Source of the DNA: Phoronis australis
Taxonomy: Eukaryota > Animalia > Phoronida
Length of the DNA: 64,000 bases
Direction of reading: 5' to 3'
Assembly: GCA_002633005.1 (NCBI GenBank)
Contig: NMRA01000035.1
Span: 1,331,059 to 1,395,058 of the forward strand
Shown here: in pieces, positions 38,861 through 51,400 of the stretch
How positions within the stretch are numbered: position 1 is the first letter of the stretch
Layout: each line of letters opens with the position of its first letter
Notes under the pieces: generated by a model
What the model saw: only the letters and a program-made list of their open reading frames with translations
The model's database searches: none
Told to the model about the DNA's origin: nothing
Position numbers and translations under genes: made by a program

Positions 38861-40619
38861 GGGAAATTAAATTAGGTTGGAGTGTGTCTTGAATAATCAA
38901 CGCTAATAAGCATTGGAGACATACGGCATGGTGCTTTTCTTAGTAGTGAAGGTTGAATTTGTCGATTTGCCTAATACCCAGCAAGACAGAGAGGCGTAAT
39001 AGAATATCTATTAAAAGACCTCGTTCACTTCAAAGCAAAAATAGTCCGTTTCTAGTGGAGCGGAAATTTACGATGGAAGGTTTACATCATGCTAAATCTA
39101 GAAAAGTAATTTTGCTTATTTTTTTTCACAATACTTCATTCGTATATACAGCAAATGTTTTCAAAGGCATGTCTCGTTTGATGGGTGAATGTTGCAATCC
39201 CTTTAGTAACAATTATAACTTTCGGTTGATCACATAATGCGATAAAACTGTTCGCTACGATACTTACTGTACTCAGAATTGGTTTTTAGACTAGGAAAGA
39301 GGATGAGGTTTGTCAATACTTCAAGCCATGTCGGCAGCGCTTGAAATGACCCGTTACAAAGTAGACTTATTTGAGCCTGGTTCTAGACAATAACGATTGT
39401 CGGTCCATACCATGCCCAGAAATCACCTATAATGATTGAGCTATAAGCATTACACCTAAGGGGTCCAGCCCAAAATAGGGCACCTTCCAAATAAGTTGTG
39501 TCGACTGGGCCCGGGGAGAAATTGTGGCGCCGGGGCTAACAATGAGATGGGGGGAGGGGGGTCAGGCCGGTAGTTGTGGCGACAGAAGCGAGCAGCTCGG
39601 ATATGGTGGTGGACGGGCGAGTCAGGGTGAGAAAAAATGTGGTGAGCAGGGGCAGCTCAGCGAATTGAAGGNCCCGACCATTTTTTATTTCAGTCGGCTG
39701 CGCCGCCCATGCATAGGCGACTTACGAACACGACCATAGAAACAAAATGCGCAACTGGCATGCCGTACGCGAACATGTTGCCTTACGTTGTGGTTCGCCT
39801 CCCTTACCGGCGACACCCTAGATTCGTCAGAGATATATGGTAACTCGCCAGGATCTTACTAGTCCACGCGAGGCTCCAGTCTCTGCATACCATGGATGCG
39901 CTCATTTCAGACCACTAGTGTGAGACGTCTCACAGCGCACTCCCCCACTTTTCTGGTTTAGGTTGCCGGGTAATAGTCATTTACAGGGGTACTGTATTTT
40001 GAGAACCAGTTTGATTAACGGTGCCTTTCATACCTAAAAATCTGAAATACCACTAGACTGTTACGAGCCAACCTGTGGACGCAACAATGGATAGAATACA
40101 TATAACTACTAGAAATCCCACATCAATTTAAATGGGAAAGCAATTGGTTCGAAGTGTAGCATCGAATCTGAATTTAATGTATTCGTATATAGTATAAACT
40201 GTTAAATAAATAGTTAAATACTAAGGTTTCTTTATTGCGTGTATGCACTTAAATCTCAACCGTCTTTAATCGACCCATGAAATTTTCATTTACGTTTATA
40301 CCACGTTAAAATTTAACGTATTTTTATGGCTTTTTAATAGCCCACCTGGCAACCGTAAGGTGTGAAACGGCTTAAAGCTTAAGGTATTCAATAACTCATT
40401 TCTTTTTAATAGAAACCATAAAGGTGAGAAACTAAATCTTTTTGGCATTTCAAAGGCGTCTTTGTGGAGTGCGTGAATTTCATATCAAACAATGTCTCGT
40501 TACGCCTATGAAAATTGTTGTTATTTCAAAGGATCTGTTGACTCTTTACAAGATAACGTTTTAACCAGGAAATCCATTATGTGCCTATAATGAGCATTAT
40601 TCGGACAAATATTTGTCTA

Positions 40620-41170
40620 GGGGCAATTTCCATATTGACATTTGATGGTGTGCTTAAGTCTAGACGTTTTTTTATGTAGACATTATTGGACCAAAACATA
40701 AACATCCTCACAGCCGTAGGGTTCATAGTTGACTCTTTTAACTGGATGACCAACGCCACTCAGTCTAAGCAATGGCACGATGCAGCACGTGCTGCTCTCA
40801 AAGATGTCAGCATTGGCTAAGAATATCGTTGTGACCTTAGGACTTGCCGTAAAAAGGAATCTGCATCTAACTCGCTGCTAACCAAGCAGATGTAAAACCC
40901 GCGCTTTAAAGATATCCTGAAACATTCATCAGCAAATGTTCTATGGGACAAATAAGAATGCGGCATTAATAGGCCTACTTTGGCAATATACTAATCCCCT
41001 TCAATAAAGGCCTCAATAGGGCCAGAATGGGAAAAGGGCTCATTCCTATTGAAAGCAAGGTGATGTAAACTTTCACTTAAAAGGATTATAGTAACAGGTA
41101 AGCGTTTAATGCTGGACCAATATTTAAAATGTTCAGAAGGACCAGTAAATACTTAGAAGGTAATGCAATT
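40620..41170 (-). mobile_element. Possible older Penelope-like relic
   Basis: Broken fragments RTFADECFRI, QIPFYGKS, VNYEPYGCEDVYV...KKRLD in the expected RT-thumb / linker / GIY-YIG order; heavily decayed. Confidence 0.3.
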
Positions 41171-41529
41171 TAGAGTGCCTAGCCAAATTTAAAAGTTATT
41201 AAGCTCGAAGGGACTGTATGAAAGTAGCACTGGCTTCACAGCCAAGCACCACTTGCAGAACAAGGTTGCTATGGGATAGGGCAAACAAAATAGTGACAGC
41301 ATAAAACATTTGTGACCCAAGAAGGCCGGGGGGGGGGGGGGGCCNTGCCTAGAACACCGACTGGATGAGACACCACAAGCGAGTAAAAATGGAAAACACA
41401 TGTATCTCTAATATCCTTGTGATGGATGTACATGTAAGTAGTTCTTGATGAGTGGTCATGATCATCAATGATATGTCCCATGAATGACACATTTGAAGTG
41501 AGAACTTACAAACTTAGGTAACCAACAAC

Positions 41530-41535
41530 TTTATT
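41530..41535 (-). terminator. Candidate MEIOB polyadenylation signal AATAAA
   Basis: First minus-strand AATAAA I noticed, about 820 nt downstream of the stop codon; positional inference only. Confidence 0.3.
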
Positions 41536-42354
41536 TTGAGTCACTCACACCGCTCTACATCACACTGCCACAATTCTTCACATAATTTGCACACTGCCAA
41601 TGGAAATAGTTATTTTTCTATTGAATACGATACTAAACCCTGTTTTGTTAATTTCAACCAATCCCCGTACTGTCCCCCAGCAAATGCAGCACACTAGAGT
41701 GATCAAAGCAGGATTCAACTAACATTCTAAATACCTCCTTGAGAAAATGGATAACATGTTTCATATTGAGTGGTCTATGTTCACCTTGACAGCTGTAATT
41801 TGAGCCTAGTGTGAAGGCCACCCTTACCTTTGCAAAGTTTTCAATGTTTGATGGGTGACAAGGGTTACAAATCCGAGTCATTATACAGTTTTAGACAGCA
41901 GGATGGGAATCGTTGATATCTGGCCAAAACAAGGCTTTGGGGCCTTTCAACTAAAGACTGGCAGCAAAGAATGGAAATATTGTTTTATGAAAACTACAAA
42001 GCCAAGCTAATGATAAGCTAAAGTTTCCTTAATCTTTACTTTAATTGGATGGTTTTGACAAGTTCACTTTTCCACCATATTATGTGCTAAACTCGGTGAA
42101 ATTTCCAAAGTTACTGTAAATGGTTACTGCAGATGTGAATGCTCAACTTTTTCATCAACATCAATTTCATTGTTAAATAAACGTAGACGGAACTTTAAAA
42201 ACATGGGATGGATACATGTTCACACTCTCAAAGAGCGAATGACTAATAAATATAAGAAATCTAAAACTCCACAATATGTAATAGTATCTTTAACCAAGAG
42301 GGCAGATGTCAAAGACTGTTACACATGTATTGCCCAGCCAGAACAGACAGTCCA

Positions 42355-42450
42355 CTAACGCAAGTGCTTCATCGCTTCCACGGGATCGGCTAGAGCACAG
42401 GAAAGTATCCGGATTACTGGCTTGGATGAGTCAGAAATTGGAAGGGAAAC
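42355..42450 (-). CDS. MEIOB: MEIOB last coding exon (VSLPISDSSKPVIRILSCALADPVEAMKHLR*)
   Basis: tgttgtag acceptor; TAG at 42355-42357; LSC.LADP matches the MEIOB C-terminus. Confidence 0.9.
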   Translation of the reverse strand, partial: VSLPISDSSKPVIRILSCALADPVEAMKHLR

Positions 42451-45400
42451 CTACAACAGTAGAATGTGAGGACTGCATTAATGGCACAAAATAAGTGATT
42501 TAGTCTCTGGGATGTGTGTGTGTGTGTGTCTTACAATCTGTGCAGTAAAAGTGTAAACTATGCGCACTCTGATGCGCATAGCAGATTTCCGATTGAAGGT
42601 CATTCCATTTCTAGGCGGGCTCTGTATGTACAGTAATATTAGCTTGGAATCAGATGTGACATTGCTCATAAGATGCTTGGAAACTGGGAGGAGCCTGTGT
42701 TCAGACGATCACTGTGGGTGTCCTCAGTGTGCAAATGTTTGCACTCCTTTTATTGTTTTGTTTGCTGACCTATTCCTAGAATTTAAGTTATTATATCTAG
42801 ATTAATCAGTGTAATTTAATTATTTTTCTTGAGGTAAAAGTTCTTTCTCACTTTTTTCTGTGCCTCCCCCACCCCATCCCCCCAAATAGGCATCAACTAA
42901 GGTCACTAAATCTAATGCGTGCTTATGGACTTGTGGAAACACTGATTGTCCAGCTTTCTTATGCTGTTTTAGTTTCATTATTAAGTCAATTATTGGCTTT
43001 GATACAAAGGGAGAGAGAGTTCTACACTGAATTCTCAATATTATTGAAAATATCTTTCATGCAACGACCCCTAATTTAAGAACGAAATCCCCATTTATTA
43101 TCATTAAATTAAGGGGTCAGATTTTAGTTTAGGAAATGTCATTAGTCATGGTAGAAAAAGATTATATTTGTGAGCAGAGAACAACACAAATATGCAAAAG
43201 ATTTAAGGACTTTAGAGGAGTCCCTATTTGGGACTGTTTCATTCAACTGGGCACTGAAGTCTTCAAAGTTGAAAATAAAGAAATTAGTCAAAATGAAGTA
43301 CACTTCTAACATTTCATTAATCACTGTGTCTGTTAGAAGCACTGGCATGTCCAAACCAAAATATTGCAAAACAGACAACCCACAACAAGCTCATTAGCGA
43401 CAGAACCATATACAACCAGGCCGGTCCATGTTGCAGCCCAAAGATCCTCATGACGACAGAGATGGCAGTAATGGTGATGCGCAAGACGTCATTGGAACAT
43501 CAAGCTCAAATATTTACTATTAGTTACGTGATTGCTATGCAATAACAATGTTGGCTTTCTTCAGTATCCCTTATCAAATAAAAGGACAGGTGAACAGCAG
43601 GTTAATTAATCAATGGAACTTGCTTTACCTTTATAACAAAGGCAAATAAACCATTGGGTGGAGGGAGTGATGTAGAAGTACAGCAGTAGTAAACAAACAT
43701 ACCTACAGGTCAATAAAGTACAATGCAAGTGAATGGGTGGTTGTCAATACACAACCTGCTTCAGGAGATTGTGATTACTAAGGCCTACATTATTGATTGA
43801 GATAATTGATATAATTGTCAAATTATTTGCCGACAATCTGAATTAATCAGATAGTTACATGAAGTTGTAAGTATTCGGGTGAACTTCCGTGACAGTTGTC
43901 TAAGGATCAAATTACAAACTGCAGTATAAAAAGACAGAAAAGTAAGAGAATCAGTTACCTTATACACATTTGTTTTTGCCAAATGGGACTATACAGCAGC
44001 ATAATCGTGGGAAAATTCCTACTCTAACATTTGGGTTTTGTTAGCCTCGATGCTGAAGAAAACCTATTTGCTAATTTCTCTTATACTGCATTGATTTTAA
44101 AAATTCAAAAGTGGCTACTGTTTGCTTTTCAATTTAAAAAAAAACAGTCATGTTAGTCATTTGCCTTTCTTATTGTTCACTTTTCACTTCGAAACTTGTA
44201 CGCTAAACAGGCACTGTTGGTTTATGACTGAAATTATCTCATCCAACTTGTTTAGCCAAGCCCATGAATAGCAACTAGTTCACTTCATTTGTGACGGCGC
44301 CATCAAGCCTTCGATGTGCCAAGGAATTCGCTGGACTATGTTGGGTAAACAATGCATGCTTTCTCATCCACTTATGTGGAAATCCTGTTAGCGCAAGATT
44401 TGTCTAACCTTGAAATTCATGCATGGTTCAGCCCTTACAGAATGCAAGATTTACACACATTTGCATGTTTGAGTACAAACATTTTAATTTCAACCATTTG
44501 ATATCACACAAAAACAACACAGAGAATACCAGGTAGTAAGGGGCAATCCTTTTTAATTGAAACCTGACAAACACTGACATGGGCTGAAAGCAGAGACACA
44601 ATGATGTGAAGCAAAACGTAAACATTGACTCCTACATCAGAAGTTGTAGAACACACTTTTATCAGATACAAATATCATAGAATAATGCGTAAAATTGCAT
44701 AAAAGATAGCGAAATGTATCCTACCTTTAAATACACTTTGCACTTTTCGAGCAGAAACTTCCATTTCAGTTCAGTTCTCTGATGTTCAGGAAAAGCAAGA
44801 AAATCGTTTATCTGAAAAGTTACAATTATTAAATTTACAACTGCATGCACACTTTGGCCGTAGCAGCAATCAAAATTTATGGACGGTCAAAAAAATAAAT
44901 CCCTTTAAAACGATATGAAGTTATTAAATTATTTGATAGGTGCCACTTTCTTTATTACTCTTGACTCTCTCTCCTTCTTACAACCACTACTGTTATTGGA
45001 GCAATCCCAATTTCAACTTTAATCATCTTCATTATCAATCAGTATATGTTGGCCCAACCACTAAAATCGCAGTCATGTTGAATCCAAGTTCTTATTTATC
45101 CCCATTGTTAGTCCATTCACTTTAATGAAGTCTTGCTAGAGCACTGAGGAGACAGGTTAGTGTAACACTCAACTGTCAGCTAAGGTAGCCACTGAAGATT
45201 TGGGATTGGACCCAAGATCATCTAAATGGGAGTCCTATCCGGAACACAAACCAATGCACTACACTGCCTCTTTCTTATCACTTCCACCAGAGGCATGCAA
45301 CTATTATCTCCCATGCCACTGTCACCATTCCACTACCATCCATCACTCCCTCCACCACCCTCACCCCCTCCACCACCCTCACCCCCTCCACCACCCTCAC

Positions 45401-48400
45401 CCCCTCCACCACCCTCACTACCATCATAACCTCTGAAGTGCAGTCACCCCCAAATCCTCATCACTGTCACTTCCTTACTATACACATATTTGCATACATA
45501 CATACATTCATATGCTAATTCGTCACCTATTTAGAACACAATATGGCAGGCACCTGAAGTTTTATCAGCTGTCAATTTTCTCATCTATTTCTAAGAAAAT
45601 TTTAGGATATTGTTGGTAGGTTTGTACTGTTAATGTCACAAAACAGCATTTCGATAAGATTATAAAATTTGCCGCAACGTAATGAACCTTTGAAAAATAG
45701 AGAAATTACTAGTTTCATCAATGATAGCGCAAAACAAGTGACGAATTACCATATGATATATATGCACACATGCAGGCCTACGTACATCACAGCCTAACAT
45801 GGTTGTTGCGACATCTCCACACAGCAGACACCTGTCAATGGAGCCAGTGTAATCAGAGAGAGTGACAGACAGGTTCCACTGTTCTATCACATCAGCTTCA
45901 TTCACATCTAGATCAGAGACAGAAGCAGGACAGCTTGCATTGACACATACATGTGTAACTTTGTCCACACATCGCCTGCATTTTGCACTGAAAATCAAAA
46001 TGTTAATACAGTAAATCACTACAATCCCACAAAGCAAGCATTCAAAAACTGCCAAACGTAAAAAACAACAAATGAAACTGTGGATTTCACGTCACCAGTT
46101 GAAGCCAACAAATACGTGCAGAGGGCCTTATAGACATCAGTGGAAAAACTTATAAACTGTTATACATTTTGCTTTGTCTACTGAAAACGTGAATTAGCTT
46201 ATTGCTCACCCACAATAACCAGTTTTGGTTTAGATTGAACAAAAGTATATTAAGGTCAGAATAACGAACAGTAGACTAACAATGTCAAACTGTTCCACAA
46301 CACGTTTGGCACTGGAAAAGAATCACTTGACACTAAAGGGACTAAACATTCCTTTTTGGTAAAAAATAAACATCAAGAAAATCACCATAAAGTGCACGGG
46401 TTATTTTCATAACAAAGTATTGAATGTATTGACCACCTACCATTTGACAGAGTGCAAAGCTGCCTCGTCTCCATCCAGATTCAACATTGTCAAATAGGCA
46501 AACACAATGGCGTAGTAACAGTCCAAGTCCTTCCTATTCTGACACTCCTGTTTGACCATTTCAACTGTTAACACCTCCTGAATATCATCCACTGTAAACA
46601 AGCACTTGATTTTGCCTCTTCCTTTTTTATTCTTAATTTTAGGATCATCAACAACTGTTTGTACAAATGACATTTAGTAAATCAAAATAAATTTCTAGAG
46701 GACTAACTTTAAAAATAGATTGGATAAGGATGATTGTACAAATCATGCATAGAGTATTCTTCAGAAATCATGTGGAGTTGTATAATATTTTACCAGCTTC
46801 AAAAGTTATAACTAAAATAAGAACATTTCATGAATTACAAATCCATGTAGGGTATTTGTAATTTTATCATCAAGTTCAAAACATGTTAATCTGTGTCATT
46901 TAATAGTGTCAGCCACTTACTTGATGTACCTCAAAAGATAAAAAACTGAAGTCAAAAATTATCTGGGAAAAAAATTTACTAAGTTGCTCAAAATTTCATT
47001 TTGTAAATGAGTGAATTTGATAAAAATAAAGCAACAGATTCCTCAAAGGAATCTAATAGTAGCTGACATCACAGCCACTAATTTACAAATAACAACAAAG
47101 AAAATAACAGCAATTCATAAGTTCACCTTTGTCGATTAAGTCTTCAAAATTCAAATTTGCTGATGAAAATTTTTAACCGACAAATATATAAGATGTCTTT
47201 CATCCTTGAAAAAATATGTTCAGTCTTCCTGAGGGGAGGCACAAGAGCAGCATTGACAAAACAGGAGGAATAAGCTTCAACTCACAGTTGACTGGCTCCC
47301 TGCCATTGTCCTCCGATGCAAATTCATCAAAGTCCACTGTTTGGGCATATCGATACAATGAATGGGCTTCTCTGGTGTCTGCAAAGGTTAATCAAATATT
47401 GCCATGTTCAGTATGAGAGCTATTCAACCAAGCTCAAGTTGAGATATTGTGGAGATAATTTTAAGATAAATTCACAATGCGCTGGGAAATGCACAAATAT
47501 AACCCAGTGAGTTTATAGCATAAACATTGTCACACAGGATCATCTATATTTTCTCATTACTTTTATATAATAAATAATGCAATTTCATAGTGATAGGGGA
47601 GCTGCCATCTCAATACCCAAGATGTTAAAAATTCCTGACCGCAAAACCGCAAGTCTTTCAGAAGGCCATATTCATTATGATGATGGCATCAAGATGAGAG
47701 TTGCTTAATGAATTAAGACATTTTTTTCACCTTTTTTGCTATTTGATGGTCTAGTCTACACAAATAAATGAACAGATCAAAAACGTTGTTGGTTTCTTTT
47801 TTTGATGAAATGAGTTGGTGCAATAGCATTTTTTAGGTTGTGTGCTCATTTTTTCAAAACATAATCCACCTGAGATGAGCAAAAATGATACGAGATTCTT
47901 TTTTACTCGTTGCATGGCACATCATGGTAATTCAAACCGTGCTTACATGCCTTTTGTGCAGCTTTTCAAAAAACATGAGAACTTGGTTAAAATTGTCATG
48001 GGCAGGCATTTTTTCTCTCAAGATGGTGAGTGCAGGTCTCAAAGGAGTGTCTGCGAAGATCAGAACCAGCTTTGTTTTTTGTCTAATAGCATGCCCCTTT
48101 ATAACTACCTGAAGCCCCAAAGACTGCATCATTACCATTTTGCCCTATGATGTTAAACATGAAAGTTTTGAATGTATGGATAACCGCACTGATGAAATAA
48201 CGACAAAGACAGTCCAGTTACAAAATGTTGAGCACGTAAAACCCCACCTGAGCAAAACAGACAATGGGTGACCTAGGGGCCAACACACCAGCACATTGAG
48301 ATTGCTCATACGAGCAACAAGTAGATTTGACAAGACCTCTGAACACCACAGTTGATGCATTTGTATTCAGATACCCCCATTAATGTGACAAGTATTTCAC

Positions 48401-51400
48401 CTGGATTGAGAATAAAAACTGTTTTACAATCCGCAGTGGCAATCATGGACTTGCGAAAGTCGTCATAGGACACTCTGACATCGACAGCAAACAAGACTGC
48501 AAAATAAAATAGAGACCCACTTCAATTCAGCTAAGTGCCATTCAATAGTCAACATAGACATAATCAACTGTGGAAACAAACCAATAACAAGCTTATTCGA
48601 TTGAGTTCTGATCAACAAGTGTTGTTTGGAAGTCATTAACATCAATTTGTTTGCAGTGTCACAGTAATGTTTGAACAAGTCAGTTGTGTATGAAGCAAGT
48701 CTTAAGAGTAAAGAAACTTCTCTTTAATTGCAATATACTTTGTCAATGTTGCAAACAAGAGCTTCCCAGTGTGGTCAGGAAAATGACGCAGAACAACTCC
48801 TTGTAAAAGATTTTGAATTTCACAAAAATGGAGGGTTCAAGACTTTTTTGAAACAAACTCGAGCAGATAATGATAATGTCACAATGAAAAAATCAGCATA
48901 GGACTGGCGTAGCTAGATTGAATAGAATGCAATATGAGTTACATTTAGTTAATAAAGATTAATAAAGATTATGAAGACACAAGGTCATAGCTACATTTGG
49001 GAGGAAATTTTGTACAAGTACTATAATGTCAGGAGTCCACCTAAAAACAGTAAAATAAATATGTACCATAATCTCTTGGAGTCAATGTCTGAATTTGATC
49101 AATTTGTTCACGGTCCCACCTACAAAATAGAAAATGTCACATCAAAAGTGCAATGACAACCATTCCATTTAGAGGCTTACAAAGTGATTCGGCAAACAGC
49201 AGCTCAGAAAGCTTAAATAACATACCTTTTAAGCACCTCTTCACATCATACTTAATAGACAACAACAACAACATCTTAAATAAAGGCATGAGAGCTTCTT
49301 TTTGATGTTGCTTAAAAGTGACATTATAAGTGAGAAACATAATTTTCTGAAATCAGCCTTAGCGTAGAATGGAACCTGAAGCCCGTGCGGTTGCAGTCCA
49401 ATGCTCTGTTGATCGAGCTAAACCAAGCGTTTTTATCTAGCAAAGTCACCAGCCTTGATTAAGGCAAATACTAGATATACAATGGCGAGAACTGGCAATA
49501 TGTCATAAAATTCCAAACACACAATGGATTTTGTTGTTTCACACCGGAGGTCAAAGCTTCAACACCAAAAATCTATCAATGAACCCAAAATACATTTTCA
49601 GTAACAAAACTAAACTAAAGCTTGCTCATTTTGACTACACAATTTCAAAACCAGGCATTGTTTCTTTTGCACTTACAGGATTAAAGGAAAAGATGAGCAT
49701 GTGTCATCAAACAGCTTCAATTCACACCTCTGAGTATGTCTGCCAGTCTTTGTTACAATGTCTTTAGTAGGTCCAATCTAAAGCAACATAACGGTTTAGA
49801 CAGTGGCACACAGGAAATTAACCATCGTAAACGAAAAAGCAGTGCTGAAAACATACGAGTACCAATAAGAACAATTTGCAAAAGCCAAAAATTATTACGT
49901 TTCAACACATGACACACGTTTTCTGGCTTTTGAATATGGTTTAGACTAAGGGCGTGAATTTTTAATATCAAATTCATTTTTCTAACATACATTTAGACCG
50001 TCAGTCATGTATTTTTGTCAAAAGTTCTAATTTGCCTTATTATTTCTTATGATACATTTACAAAACAGCATAACCAAAACTGGCAATACATACATATTTC
50101 AAACGACAGAAATAGTCTGCTTGTTTATTAACACAGGAACACTGGGACCCGTTCCAGCAAAACTGACTTGGCTAAGACAAATCTTAAATTTTAGTAAATT
50201 TTCAGATAAAACTTAAAGTTGTCTGGAGACCGTTTCAAGATAGAGATCTTAAGTTTGAATTAAGTTTTTGATTAAAGTTTTGTCTTAATTTTAACAATCT
50301 TACGGGATGTGGAAGTTTCAAAGCATTGAAGTTAAGACAAATCTTAGACTTAAGTTCATTTTTGACTTACGTCAGTTTCCTGGAACAGGCCCATGGTTTC
50401 AATTTATAAGGAGGTGCTCATATAAGAATTAAGGTGATGAAGCACCTTATCGTCTTAGGTGTATTAAGCCAAATATATGCAAAATTATAAGTTTTAACTC
50501 TGTAAAAGTAAAATATTTTATGAAAGTAGGAAGCATGCAACTAAAATTTGATTTTTAGCTTTATGTAAATCTGCCATTTATTGGGTCACACAATCCAGGT
50601 CTTTTTAGTAAAACTTAGCAAAACACTGGCATCTGTTACATGACCAAATTTCGTTTGACATAAATATTCAAAATGAAATCTCAAAAATGCTGTTACAGTT
50701 TTCTAAATTATTTCGTTTTTTATGCAACTTCTTGAATTTTTTCCTAACAATCACGAAAGTGCTATTTTTGATAGCCCCTCATGCAAAAGTGGAAGCATTT
50801 TGAGACCAGTGCATAAAGAGTGGCATCTGAAAGTTTTATACGAGTCCCATCAGCCATTTCTGAGATATGATGTTCCGAAGTTGGCCAAACCTGGCCCTTT
50901 TTGAGGAGTCTTACATAACCTTGAGCATCTGAACAAAAATAAATGCAGTTTATAGCCTCTGAAAGAAGATTAACTGTCTTTTTACTTGACGTTTTTTGAG
51001 TTTCCAGTATCATTGCTCATTGTTCATTCTACAAAGTGCGTCGTTCGTTTGCCAACGTGTGCATACAAAGCATGTGACGGCTCGAGTCACCTACTTTCAC
51101 AGGAAGGCGTAACCGTACAATTAATCCAAGTGCAAATTCTGACCCACTGATCTAGAAACTGATCCCGTGTCTTTGTACTGAAGTGCATGGAATTTTTGGG
51201 ACACCCATTTTATTGACTAATTGTGCTTAAAATGCAATGCAATTAGTTTTATTGTGATTAACTATAATTCGCGAAATAACACAATGGTGAGAGCACAACC
51301 GGTACAAATTTTAAAATCTTATATTTTTTTCACACTGATGAAATCTCACATGTTTAACAGATGCAAGCAGACTAATGTGCTCTTTATCCAGGTTTTGTCC

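Noticed and set aside
45200-45436. Pro-rich and His-rich ORFs
   Set aside because: Produced by an 18-bp C-rich minisatellite and SINE debris inside a MEIOB intron.
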